Numbered from the stretch's first letter, positions 21,196 through 30,640 are shown. The stretch is 64,000 nucleotides of DNA from an uncultured Spirochaetota bacterium (GCA_963845535.1 CAWJSK010000012.1:416001-480000), one strand, 5' to 3'. Translations and numbers: made by a program. The notes: generated by a model from the letters alone, not told the origin.

Positions 21196-21987
21196 ATGAC
21201 GATTTCCCGCAACCGATTTCTTTCGCTGATTGCGTTCGCGCTCGGTCTGGCTGCGTCCGGCCTATGGGCCGCTCCGGATCAACCTGACACAGCGGCTCTG
21301 CGCCAGCCCGACTCGGCAGCGCTCCTTCGCCAGCTCGACGCATTCACGAACTTTCAAGGCGACTTCACGGCTGAGTACAGCGAAGTGAGTGAGCACCCGG
21401 GGCAGCAGCCCTCCTTGTTCCGACACGACGTGTACCGCAGGGACCGGGATGGCGCCATGACCATCCTCATGCGCTACCCTGATTCGAAAAAAGGCCAGGG
21501 CTACCTGGAGGTGGACAACAACTTCTGGTTCTACGACCCCAGCAGCCGGCTGTTCTCCCACGCTTCGCTGAAGGAGAGCTGGCAAAACACCGAGGCAATG
21601 AACAGCGATTTCTTCCGGACGAACTGGGCCAGGGACTACGCTGGAGAAAGCTCAAGCGAAGCGACACTCGGCGTCTATCCGGTGTGGGTCCTCGATCTGA
21701 AGGGAACCAACGACCAGGTCACTTTCCCCTACAAGAAGATATGGGTCCGCAAGGACATCGGAATAATCCTCAAGGCGGAGGATTACAGCTTGTCCAGGCG
21801 GCTCATGCGGACGGTCTACTACCCCAGCTACACCAAGCTGGATGACCACTACGTGGCCGACCGCATGCTCATCATCGACAACCTGAACGTTGGCGCAAAG
21901 ACGGAGATGACGCTTTCGAACATCTCAACGGCTCCGCTTCCGGACTTCACCTTCACGAAGGCTTTCCTGCAGCAGGCAAATCGATGA
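21196..21987 (+). CDS. LolA-like 'outer membrane lipoprotein-sorting' periplasmic protein
   Basis: Signal peptide, KGQGYL..DNNFWFYDP, NSDF, KAEDYSLSRRLMRT, FTKAFL. Confidence 0.85.
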   Translation: MTISRNRFLSLIAFALGLAASGLWAAPDQPDTAALRQPDSAALLRQLDAFTNFQGDFTAEYSEVSEHPGQQPSLFRHDVYRRDRDGAMTILMRYPDSKKGQGYLEVDNNFWFYDPSSRLFSHASLKESWQNTEAMNSDFFRTNWARDYAGESSSEATLGVYPVWVLDLKGTNDQVTFPYKKIWVRKDIGIILKAEDYSLSRRLMRTVYYPSYTKLDDHYVADRMLIIDNLNVGAKTEMTLSNISTAPLPDFTFTKAFLQQANR

Positions 21988-23491
21988 GGAGATTGTTTTT
22001 CTTCGCCTGCATGTCGCTCCTCCTGACTCTCGACGGCCGGCGCCCAAGCCACGGAAAACCCGGATGACATGTTCGGCGGGAACATGGTGCAAAGCGCCCC
22101 GGGGGCCGGTGCCTCCGGAGCGGCGCAGGGAGCGCCCACGGGGACCCAAGCCGCCTCGCGGGACGCAGGCAACCTCTGCGGGGACCCAAGCCGCATCCCC
22201 CGCGCCGGAGAGCTTCCTCCAGTCCAAAGGCGTGGATATCGGCGGCTACCTTTACTCCGACTACACCGGCTACGCCATCTGGCCAGGCAGCTATCCTTCC
22301 TTCTCTGATCCGGCATCCGGCCTCACCAGCTCATTCGTGCCCAACCTCGAAGCAGACGTATATCTGGATGCGAGGCCCTATTCTTTTTTCCGCGTGTTCG
22401 GGAAGCTCAAGGCGATCTATCCGTTCGGCGGCTCGGCCCAGGGCGTGTACCAGGCGCAGACCAACCCGTTCGCCTCCATCTACACGCCCCCGTCAGGTTC
22501 GAGCGCCGCCATCCCAAACATCTCCGTCTTCGAGCTGTTTGCCGACGTGAACTGGAACGAAAAGCTCTTCCTGCGCGTCGGGCAACAGGTCATCCATTGG
22601 GGAGTCGGCACGTTCTTCAGTCCCGCGGACATCCTGAGCCTCACTCCCATCAACCCGCTCCAGCCGAACCTGGAGCGGCAAGGGCCGCTCGCCCTTACCG
22701 TGAACGTGCCCTTTGCGTCAGTGGACAGCGCCTCTGTTTACGTCATCGCGAACCAGGCGTTCGCGCAAAACCGTCCGTTCGACCCCAGCGACCTCGCGGT
22801 GGCCCCGAAGGTCGAGTTCCTGCTCGGAGACTACGAAATCGGAGTCGGCGGGTACTATCAAAGGGCTCAAAGACCAAAGGCAATGATGACGGCAACCGGA
22901 TCACTTTTCGGCACGCTGGGAATCTTCGGCGAAGGTGTGGTGAGCTACGGGAGCGACCGCACTTTCGCCGGAGCCTTGCCCGGCGCGCCGGGCAACTGGC
23001 AAGCCTACACTGACACAACCACGCCCTATTTCAGCGGCACCGTCGGGATAAGCTACGCGGAAAGCTCGCAGCACATCGCGGCCATCCTCCAGTACTACTA
23101 CAACAGACAGGGCTACGCGAACCTCTCCCAGGAGCGGGGCGCCGTGGATCTGTACAGCAGCCAGCAAACCGCTCTTGGAGCGGGGACGCAGCCCGCGGGG
23201 CCGCTCCTGGCGCCTACGGACCTGCTTCTCCCCGGGCAGCACTACCTTGCCGGCTCAGTGACCTGGACTGACATCCGCGCGTCGAACTTCGACCTTGGCA
23301 TCTTCTACGAGGGGAACCTCAGCGACGGTTCCGGGGTGGCCAGCCCGTATGCGGCCTGGACGCCCATTCAGTATTGCACACTGACGATTGCGCCTTTCGT
23401 TGGATACGGAGAGCCTGGCTCGGAGTTCGTCTCCAAGTTCGGGTATTTCGCGCTTTCCTTGAAAGTGACAGTGGGGGAAGGAGCGTTCTGA
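21984..23491 (+). CDS. Probable outer-membrane beta-barrel protein, frameshifts at ~22025 and ~22160
   Basis: ATG 21984 (ATGA overlap) with signal peptide; ELFADV, LRVGQQVIHWGVGTFFSPADIL; alternating aromatic strands; C-terminal Phe. Confidence 0.7.
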
Positions 23492-23604
23492 ACGGGAGGC
23501 CGGGGGCCGGAGGCCGAGGGCGAGCGCCAGCGGGCGGCGAAGCCCCGACCTCCTGGCGCAGCCCCTGCGGAGGACGCCCCGCCGCCTCTTGACAACACCG
23601 TTTT

Positions 23605-23639
23605 CATTGACTACAAACTCATTGAGTTATGAGTCAATG
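23605..23639. promoter_or_regulatory. 35-bp inverted repeat overlapping the TetR start codon (probable autoregulatory operator)
   Basis: cattgactacaaactca-t-tgagttatgagtcaatg, 14/17 matching arm positions. TTGACA at 23589-23594. Confidence 0.7.
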
Positions 23640-24224
23640 AAAGAGGGAAAGCGCCAACAGGGAAAGGAATCCACCCGCCTCAAGCTCCTTGAGGCGGCGG
23701 CGGCGCTGTTCGCGGAAAAAGGAATCAGCACAACCACCACGGAGCACGTTGCGGCGCGCGCGGGCGTGGCGCATGGGACGGTGTTCGCTCACTTCCCCAC
23801 CCAGGAAGCGCTTCTCATCGCGGTCATTGATGACTTCGGGACAAGGGTGGCCGGAAGGCTTCATGAGCTTGTGGCTGGCAGCGCGGATACCAGCGGCGCC
23901 CTTGCCGCGCATCTGAGAGGGCTTATGGAGACGGAAGGTCTTTATTCCCGGCTCATCTCCGAGGCCGCGGCGCTTCCCCGCCAGGCCCGCACGTCGCTGG
24001 TCATGATGCAGTCCACCATCTCCATCCACATTTGCCAGATCGCGGAAAAAGACATGGCGGCAAAGAAGATACGCCGAATGCCGGTTGCCCTGCTTTTCAA
24101 CACCTGGGTTGCCCTTCTGCACCACTACCTGTCGAACGCGAACCTGTTTTCTCCCGGACGCTCGGTCTTGGAGCGGCGCGGAGACGAACTGCGCCGTCAT
24201 TTCCTGTCATTGATTCGCCCATGA
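23637..24224 (+). CDS. TetR/AcrR family regulator
   Basis: TRLKLLEAAAALFAEKG...HVAARAGVAHGTVFAHFPTQE. Confidence 0.93.
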   Translation: MKEGKRQQGKESTRLKLLEAAAALFAEKGISTTTTEHVAARAGVAHGTVFAHFPTQEALLIAVIDDFGTRVAGRLHELVAGSADTSGALAAHLRGLMETEGLYSRLISEAAALPRQARTSLVMMQSTISIHICQIAEKDMAAKKIRRMPVALLFNTWVALLHHYLSNANLFSPGRSVLERRGDELRRHFLSLIRP

Positions 24225-24241
24225 CCGCAAAGGAGGAAGAT

Positions 24242-24556
24242 ATGAACGACACGAGAAACCCGATGGAAGTCTTCAGAGAAGAGGCGCCAGCGGCGGCTCA
24301 GGCATTCAACGGCCTCATCACCGCGCTTTCCGCGAGTCAGGACCTGGACGGAAGGACCCGCCAGCTCATCTACATCGCAATGAAAGCGGCGCAAGGGGAC
24401 GTGGGCGCAGTGGCGGCCCATGCCGGAATGGCCAAAAAGGCCGGGGCAAGCCGCGCGGAGCTCAGGGAAGCCATTCTGATGACTCTCACAGTTTCCGGAA
24501 TCCGGGGCGTCGTGACGTGCCTGGCTCCGGCGCTCTCGGCGTGGGAAGTTGCGTAG
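24242..24556 (+). CDS. Carboxymuconolactone decarboxylase (CMD) family protein
   Basis: AGGAGG RBS; LDGRTRQLIYI...HAGMAKKAGASRAELREAI; no CxxC motif. Confidence 0.85.
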   Translation: MNDTRNPMEVFREEAPAAAQAFNGLITALSASQDLDGRTRQLIYIAMKAAQGDVGAVAAHAGMAKKAGASRAELREAILMTLTVSGIRGVVTCLAPALSAWEVA

Positions 24557-24562
24557 GAGGTT

Positions 24563-24826
24563 ATGATGACGAAAACATGCATTGCGTGCGGGATGCCCAT
24601 GAGCAAGCCTGAGGACTTCGCGGCCGGGGACACGGCTAAAGACTATTGCCGGCATTGCGCCCGGCCGGATGGATCAATGCAGTCCTACAGAGAAAAGCTC
24701 GCGTCCTACGGCGCGTTCCTGGTGAAGACGCAAGGGCTGGATGCCGGGGCGGCGAAGGTGATGGCAAAAGACATCATGTCGAAGCTTCCGGCCTGGAAGA
24801 ACCGAACGTCGGCTCCAAGGTCATAG
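24563..24826 (+). CDS. Putative zinc-ribbon domain protein
   Basis: CIACGMPM...YCRHC...DG...LPAWK; AGGAGG RBS. Confidence 0.85.
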   Translation: MMTKTCIACGMPMSKPEDFAAGDTAKDYCRHCARPDGSMQSYREKLASYGAFLVKTQGLDAGAAKVMAKDIMSKLPAWKNRTSAPRS

Positions 24827-24991
24827 GGCATCATCGACGAGCTGCGGGTGTGAATCAAACCATTCCCGCAGGGCGTCTCTCGTTGCCGTCACGTCCCCCG
24901 GCTGCGCGGAGCATATTTGATACAGCTCGTCATGCGAGACCTCATGGGAGAAGTGGACGAGCCTGTTTCGATATCCGGCAAGTAGCTTCAA
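24821..24991 (-). pseudogene. C-terminal fragment of a DUF86/HepT-like HEPN RNase toxin
   Basis: [24 protein letters not shown] carries the HEPN R-X4-H motif; N-terminal half absent here. Confidence 0.8.
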
Positions 24992-25142
24992 AACCTCAAA
25001 GGTCAGGTTGATACCCGGTTTCACCTGCATCTGTCCGATGCCCGGTATCTGGTACTCGATCGGGTCCTCGACCGTGAGGATGCTTGGTGGTACCCGGGGA
25101 GCTTGGAAAGCGTGATGGCGCCCGCGGCTGTTCTCTCATGGT

Positions 25143-25391
25143 GTGCAAGCCGTTGCGGTTTCCGCCGCCCGAACCCAGACCATCTATCTCCCGCGAGGAC
25201 TCAATACTCTCCAACAACTGTTTCGGGATCACTTCGCCCGCTTCGCCGCCGAGTACGATTCACGATACGCGAAAGAAGGGGTGGCCCGCATCCGATGTAC
25301 GAACCCCGAATGCCGTCACGAGCACTTCCGCCCCTTCTCCTGCAAGGGCTTCTTCCTCTGTGCTTCGTGCAGCCAAAAGAGAACACTCCTC
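25143..25391 (+). mobile_element. IS91-family transposase remnant (N-terminal zinc-binding domain, internally deleted and truncated)
   Basis: YLPRG..TLQQLFRDHF..YDSRYAKE/GVARIRCTNPECRHEHFRPFSCKGFFLCASCSQKRTLL. Frame loses similarity after TLL. Confidence 0.75.
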
Positions 25392-25566
25392 AGGGACAGA
25401 GGAGGCCGGGCGATGTATTGTCACCCAGCGCAGTTCCTGGGCAAGCCCGAAAACTCCCTACCAGCAGTCCGCCCACCACAAAACGGAGCGACCCTCGGAA
25501 TCGAGCTCCCTATCACTCACGCTCGGCGAACACGCTGTACCATCGGCAAAGCAAGGCGCCATCCAC

Positions 25567-26823
25567 CTACGCTGCTCCTGAATGGCCGAGGGCATCACGC
25601 TTTCTGCGAAGGAGCGCCCACTCCGCGGGTGGCATGTGGTGCTCAAGAGCGCGGTCGAGAAAAACGCGCGCTTCCTCGATGTGTCCGAGTGACGCATGGA
25701 GCTCAGCGTACGTTGCAAGTGCATACGGGTAGTGAGCCAGCAACTCTCGTTCCGGGATGGCGTCAAGCTCATCTATCCCCGCGACAGCTCCGCGGCACAT
25801 GGCGACGGCGAGTGCCCGGTTCACATCGACAACAGGGGATGGGGATATCGTACGAAGTGTATCGTACAACGAGACAATTTCTGCCCAGTCGGTATTGGCG
25901 TAGCTCGTCGCCTTTGCATGGCAGGCGGCGATACCAGCCTCGAGGTGGAAGCGCGAGAGCTTCTGACCTCGCGCAGAGCGCTCCAGAAACGTGACGCCTT
26001 CAGCAATAAGGGCCTCATTCCAACGCAGTCGATCTTGCTCGTGGAGCAAGAGGAGACTCCCGTCGTCTGCTCGACGCGCAGGGCTACGGCCGATATGGAA
26101 GCAAAACAGTGCGCGCAGGGCCTCCGCGTCGGGCGAGGTCCACCGGTCATCATCAGTCAACAGGCGTGCGAGTCGAAGGGATTCGTTGCACAGGGCATCA
26201 TCTATCCCCGCCTCACTCTCCGTGGTTGAGTAGCCCTCGGTAAAGAGCTGGTAGAGTACGTCAAGGATCGGGCGAAGGCGCAATGGCACCTCGGCGTGGT
26301 CGGGAAGCTCCACCTGTATGCCTTCCTCACGAAGGGACCTCTTTGCCCGAACAATTCGCTGGGCAATTGTGCGCTCATCGGAAAGAAAGGCTCGGGCTAT
26401 CTGGGCATTGGTGAATCCAAAGGCGACGCGAAGAGTGAGTGCTACCTGAGCGGCGCCGGGAAGGACGGGGTGGCAGCAGTAGAAGATCACGCGTAGCTCG
26501 TCATCGAGCTCGATCCTGGGCTGTTCAATCCCGAGGTCGTACTCAGAAAATGGGACGATCCTGCGGTCCCGTCGGATCGTATCGATGATGACGTTGGACG
26601 CGACCCGCAGCAGCCACCCTTCAAGCTGCTTGCTGTGCGGGTCGCCGTTCCATTTCTCAAGCGCGCGCAGGCCTGCTTCTTGAAAGGCGTCTTCGATCAG
26701 CTCAAAGGAGTCTGTTCCGAAGCGGCGTACGAGCGCCGCCATGAGACGGCTCCGGGCGGCTTTGAACGCATATTCGAGGGCGATATGTCGAGCGTCAGGA
26801 GACTCCAGGCGGGACTCCCTCAT
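25567..26823 (-). CDS. ECF sigma factor with TPR-like C-terminal extension (ECF42-type, DUF6596)
   Basis: EDAFQEA..ALEKW, DDELRVIFYCCHPVL, IARAFL..TIAQRIVRAKR, LFTEGY, QDRLRW, EAGIAACHA, NRALA. Lies downstream of a YciI/DGPF gene. Confidence 0.9.
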   Translation of the reverse strand: MRESRLESPDARHIALEYAFKAARSRLMAALVRRFGTDSFELIEDAFQEAGLRALEKWNGDPHSKQLEGWLLRVASNVIIDTIRRDRRIVPFSEYDLGIEQPRIELDDELRVIFYCCHPVLPGAAQVALTLRVAFGFTNAQIARAFLSDERTIAQRIVRAKRSLREEGIQVELPDHAEVPLRLRPILDVLYQLFTEGYSTTESEAGIDDALCNESLRLARLLTDDDRWTSPDAEALRALFCFHIGRSPARRADDGSLLLLHEQDRLRWNEALIAEGVTFLERSARGQKLSRFHLEAGIAACHAKATSYANTDWAEIVSLYDTLRTISPSPVVDVNRALAVAMCRGAVAGIDELDAIPERELLAHYPYALATYAELHASLGHIEEARVFLDRALEHHMPPAEWALLRRKRDALGHSGAA

Positions 26824-27160
26824 CAACGACACGCACCTCCACACTGCCGTTCTGAAGATCGAGCGTGGGGCAAGAGCGCGCAAGAGCGATAGCCTCTTCC
26901 AAGGAGCCGGCCTCCACGAAGCAGACCCCGCCGACAGCTTCTTTCGTTTCCATGAAAGGACCTTCCACGACTTGTCCGCCACGTACCGTAAGCCGTGCAC
27001 CGGTCTGGTCTTTCAGCTTATGCGAGGAGATAAAGTGGCCGGATTCCTGCAAGGACCGCATCCAGAGGGAAAATCGTTCGTACAACTGGGGCGCAAGCGC
27101 TGCGTTGCTGCTCCGCTTGTCCAGGTCCGCTTTGCCGAAGAACAGAACGTATTTCGCCAT
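26795..27160 (-). CDS. YciI (DGPF) family protein
   Basis: MAKYVL..., VVEGPFMETKEAVGG, EEAIALARSCP, GSVEVR. Confidence 0.92.
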   Translation of the reverse strand: MAKYVLFFGKADLDKRSSNAALAPQLYERFSLWMRSLQESGHFISSHKLKDQTGARLTVRGGQVVEGPFMETKEAVGGVCFVEAGSLEEAIALARSCPTLDLQNGSVEVRVVDEGVPPGVS

Positions 27161-27178
27161 GAGGGCTTCTCCTTTGTG

Positions 27179-27209
27179 CAAGAACGATCAAGGAGTCCGA
27201 GAATCGACA
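27179..27209 (-). promoter_or_regulatory. ECF promoter TGTCGA-N17-CGTTCTTG for yciI-ecf
   Basis: Minus strand tgtcga-ttctcggactccttgat-cgttcttg, followed by AAGGAG and ATG 27160. Confidence 0.8.
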
Positions 27210-27315
27210 TCGGTGCGCCATACGGCGAGTCAGTCCCCTCTCTCCTCAGAGGCTTCTTGGTACGTCGAAGATAACCAACGCGCTTAAAAAGCGGAAAGAG
27301 CTCGTTCGACGTGAA

Positions 27316-27346
27316 TGTCGTTTTGCGAGCCGCCCAACCGTTCTTG
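27316..27346 (+). promoter_or_regulatory. ECF promoter TGTCGT-N17-CGTTCTTG for the patatin gene
   Basis: Same bipartite motif and spacing as at 27179-27209 and 28231-28261. Confidence 0.75.
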
Positions 27347-27392
27347 TTGACGATTGACGACATCAAACACGCTGAGGAAGGAGGACGTGATC

Positions 27393-28241
27393 ATGATGGC
27401 ATACGACCGGACGCTTGTCTTGGGTGGTGGCGGTCGCGTCGGGACGGCCTGGATGGCGGGACTGGTGGGGGGGTTACAACGCCAGGGAATCGATCTAGGG
27501 CAGGCGGACCGGATTATCGGCACCTCGGCCGGTGCCATCGTGGGCGCAGCCCTTGCTGTGGGCCAGGGTCTGGACCATTTCGCGCGGCTGGGTCCTGCAG
27601 ACGGTCGCACCGCCACGCCGCCCCAGCCGGACGTATCGCGGATGGAGCAGGTGTTCGCCATACTCGGCTCCTCCGGGATGGACCCTGGTGAGGCCATGCG
27701 TCAAATCGGAAAGATTGCACTTGCCGATCGTGACTCAGCGGCCGAGCAGGCTCAACTTGCTGGGCGCCGTATGCTGGTGGGCACCGATGCGTGGCCAGAC
27801 CGCTCTCTGCTGATCGTTGCAGTCGACGCGGTCAGCGGCGAGCCCGTGGTTTGGGATCGCGACGCGAACGTCTCGCTGGTGTCGGCAGTGACCGCCAGCA
27901 GCGCCTTCCCGGGGGCATCTCCGCCGATCCGGGTTCGCGACTGGTGGTACATCGACGGCGGTCTGCGGTCCTGCACCAATGCGGACCTCGCTGCGGGATC
28001 CCGCATCCTGATCGTCGTCGAGCCGCTAGCACACCTGTTCCCCCGGGAAATACTGCGGCGGGAACTGGAGGTCGCCCGGGCGAGCACTACAGTGACCCTC
28101 GCACCCGACCCAGCCTCGTTGCGGACATTCGGACCCAGTCTGTACGAACGGGAATCCTGGAACCCCGCCTACGAGGCGGGACTTGACCAGGCCGCCAGGA
28201 TCGCCGACCAAGTGCGCGCCTCTTGGGGAATGTCGATCTAA
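27393..28241 (+). CDS. Patatin-like phospholipase
   Basis: LGGGGRVG oxyanion loop, GTSAG nucleophile, ASSAFPG, YIDGG. Confidence 0.92.
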   Translation: MMAYDRTLVLGGGGRVGTAWMAGLVGGLQRQGIDLGQADRIIGTSAGAIVGAALAVGQGLDHFARLGPADGRTATPPQPDVSRMEQVFAILGSSGMDPGEAMRQIGKIALADRDSAAEQAQLAGRRMLVGTDAWPDRSLLIVAVDAVSGEPVVWDRDANVSLVSAVTASSAFPGASPPIRVRDWWYIDGGLRSCTNADLAAGSRILIVVEPLAHLFPREILRRELEVARASTTVTLAPDPASLRTFGPSLYERESWNPAYEAGLDQAARIADQVRASWGMSI

Positions 28242-28261
28242 GAGCCGTCCAGCCGTTCTTG
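28231..28261 (+). promoter_or_regulatory. ECF promoter TGTCGA-N17-CGTTCTTG for LUD-MFS
   Basis: Overlaps the patatin stop codon; identical motif and spacing. Confidence 0.78.
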
Positions 28262-28309
28262 TTGACGAATGACGGTTATCAAGCGCTGAGGAAGCGGAAG
28301 GAGAGCTTT

Positions 28310-29011
28310 ATGACAGCGGTTCAGGAATACAAGAGATTCAGCACGGCGCAGGCCGACGACCAGGCCGAGGCGCGAAGAGGAGTTATGGATTCCGATGTAG
28401 TGGTTCCAGAGGCCCTGATAGAGTCGACTGCGGAGGCCATCAGAGGGCGCAACATCCGCGTGATAGTTGTCAGCACAAAAGCGGAAGCGCTCTCTCGACT
28501 GAAGGAGATGATCCCCTCCGGAGCGTCTGTTTCGACAGGATTCTCGCGCACATTGAAGGAAATCGGATTCGAAGATCTCCTTAAGTCGGGTGACCACCCG
28601 TGGCGCAACTTCAAAGCGGAAATCGCGGCCGAAACTGACTTTGACAAGCAGATGGCCGTGCGCAAACAGTCGACCCTGGCAGACTACTACATCGGTAGCG
28701 TGAACGCCATCGCGGCCACGGGAGAGATAGTCTTTGGCAGCACAAGCGGCAGTCAGATCGCGCCGTATGCCTACGACTCCTCCAACCCGATTTGGGTCGC
28801 CGGCGCGCAGAAGATTACCCCCGATCTCGAAAGTGCTCTCCGGCGGGTGAGGCAATATGTTGCTCCCCTCCTCGACAAACAGATGAAAGAGGCGACGGGC
28901 GGGAGAATGGGAAGCCCGATCGGAAAGGTTCTGATCTTCGAGCGGGAGGATCCTGTTGTCTTGCATCGTACTGTTACCCTGCTGCTCGTGCGCGAGAAGG
29001 TTGGGGTGTGA
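28310..29011 (+). CDS. LUD-domain (lactate utilization protein C-like) protein
   Basis: IPSGASV..G.SRTLKEIG, ADYYIGSVNAI..TGEIV, VAGAQKITPDLESALRRV. Confidence 0.85.
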   Translation: MTAVQEYKRFSTAQADDQAEARRGVMDSDVVVPEALIESTAEAIRGRNIRVIVVSTKAEALSRLKEMIPSGASVSTGFSRTLKEIGFEDLLKSGDHPWRNFKAEIAAETDFDKQMAVRKQSTLADYYIGSVNAIAATGEIVFGSTSGSQIAPYAYDSSNPIWVAGAQKITPDLESALRRVRQYVAPLLDKQMKEATGGRMGSPIGKVLIFEREDPVVLHRTVTLLLVREKVGV

Positions 29012-29040
29012 AAAAGAGACTGGGAGGAGGAGATATCAAT

Positions 29041-30630
29041 ATGAACAAGAATCCAGTCACGGTCGCCGACGCGTCGGGTCGCGGCCTCGTGCTCTTGGGA
29101 TTGCTGCTTGCAATCGGACTCTCAGCGATGGACGCTTCCATCGTCGCGACGGCAGTTCCCGCCATTGCGGCCGCTCTTGGCGGACTAACGCAATTCCCGT
29201 GGGTGTTTTCCGCCTATCTTCTTGCCACGGCCGCCACAATTCCCCTCTATGGAAGGCTTGCCGATCAGTTCGGGCGCAAACGGCTTCTCATGACAGGCAG
29301 TGCAATCTTTGTCATTGGCTCCGTTGCCAGTGGTTTTTCCTGGAACATGCCTGCGCTCATCCTTTTCCGTGCCATTCAGGGCATCGGTGCAGGCGCGTTG
29401 ATGCCGCTCTCCATGACCATCGTCGGTGATCTCTATACTGTTGAGGAGCGTGCGCGTATCCAGGGTGTTCTCGCAAGCGTGTGGGGAATCTCTGCCGTAC
29501 TCGGCCCATTCGCGGGAGGGCTTTTCACGCAATACCTCACGTGGCGCTGGATCTTTTTTGTGAACCTACCCGTCGGCATCGCGGCGATCGCAGTCATCGC
29601 CGCGTTCCTCCACGAACGCCCGCAACGCCGTGCCGTTCGCATCGACTACCTTGGCGCTGCGCTGCTCATCGTCGGCCTCGGGGCAGTCATGCTCGCGCTC
29701 CTCCAAGCCGGCAACGCCTGGCGGTGGAGCGACCCGCGCACACTCGCCGCCGGGGCGGGCGGAGTCATCCTCATGGCGCTGTTCGTCGCGCGTGAGCGGC
29801 GGGCCGCAAACCCGATCTTCCCTCTGTGGATCCTCGGGAACCGAACGCTTGCCGGGGCGACGCTCGCTATGATGGTCATCGGTCTCATAACGCTCGGCTT
29901 GAGCGCGTACCTGCCAATGCTCGCGCAGGCAGTGTTCGGCGCCACACCGATCCTCGCCGGCGGCCTGCTCGGCATCATCTCGATCGCCTGGGTGGCAGCC
30001 GCGACGGTCTCCGGACGACTCTACATGAAGATCGGCTTTCGCAGCACGGCCGTTATCGGAGCGATAATTGCAGGGTGCGGGGCGTTGACCCTCTCGCTCC
30101 TCGACCAGGGAAGTGTCATCTACCTCCTTACGGTCGGCTCCGCTGCCATCGGGTTCGGCTTCGGGTTCATCTCCTCGCCTTTGATGGTCGGAGCGCAGTC
30201 CATCGTAGACTGGGGCCGGCGCGGCGTGGTAACAGGAGCGGTGAACTTCGGTCAGAGCTTCGGCAGTACCATCAGCACTGCGCTGCTCGGCAGCGTCTTC
30301 AATACGACGCTCGTTCGTTGGATTGCGGGCGCACCCTTATCGCTTCGCGCGTTGCTACCAGCTCCAGATCACGCGGTTGACGCGCTTCGCAGTTCCCCGA
30401 CTGCGCCGCGCGTGGTGGGCTACCTGCGGGAGGGGCTCTTCCTTGCGGTGCATCACGTCGAAATAGGCATCCTTGTTGCTGCCGTTGTTGGCCTTGCGAT
30501 TATCGTGTTCGTTGTACCTCGCAAGTTTCAACCAGTTTCGGAGACTCACGGTGCCGAAGGACCTGCTCGTCAGATCGAAGACACACGAGAGAAGAGTCCA
30601 GCGGCTTCCGGGGCAGCCGATGTAGCCTGA
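29041..30630 (+). CDS. MFS multidrug-type transporter (DHA2/MDR)
   Basis: MDASIVATAVPAI, YGRLADQFGRK, RAIQGIGAG, WRWIFFVNLPVG; about 14 TM. Confidence 0.92.
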   Translation: MNKNPVTVADASGRGLVLLGLLLAIGLSAMDASIVATAVPAIAAALGGLTQFPWVFSAYLLATAATIPLYGRLADQFGRKRLLMTGSAIFVIGSVASGFSWNMPALILFRAIQGIGAGALMPLSMTIVGDLYTVEERARIQGVLASVWGISAVLGPFAGGLFTQYLTWRWIFFVNLPVGIAAIAVIAAFLHERPQRRAVRIDYLGAALLIVGLGAVMLALLQAGNAWRWSDPRTLAAGAGGVILMALFVARERRAANPIFPLWILGNRTLAGATLAMMVIGLITLGLSAYLPMLAQAVFGATPILAGGLLGIISIAWVAAATVSGRLYMKIGFRSTAVIGAIIAGCGALTLSLLDQGSVIYLLTVGSAAIGFGFGFISSPLMVGAQSIVDWGRRGVVTGAVNFGQSFGSTISTALLGSVFNTTLVRWIAGAPLSLRALLPAPDHAVDALRSSPTAPRVVGYLREGLFLAVHHVEIGILVAAVVGLAIIVFVVPRKFQPVSETHGAEGPARQIEDTREKSPAASGAADVA

Positions 30631-30640
30631 AGTCAAGTTG

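Noticed and set aside
27313..28294. Repeats before consecutive genes read as integron attC sites
   Set aside because: No RYYYAAC/GTTRRRY ends, no long hairpin and no integrase. The ECF promoter explanation fits better.
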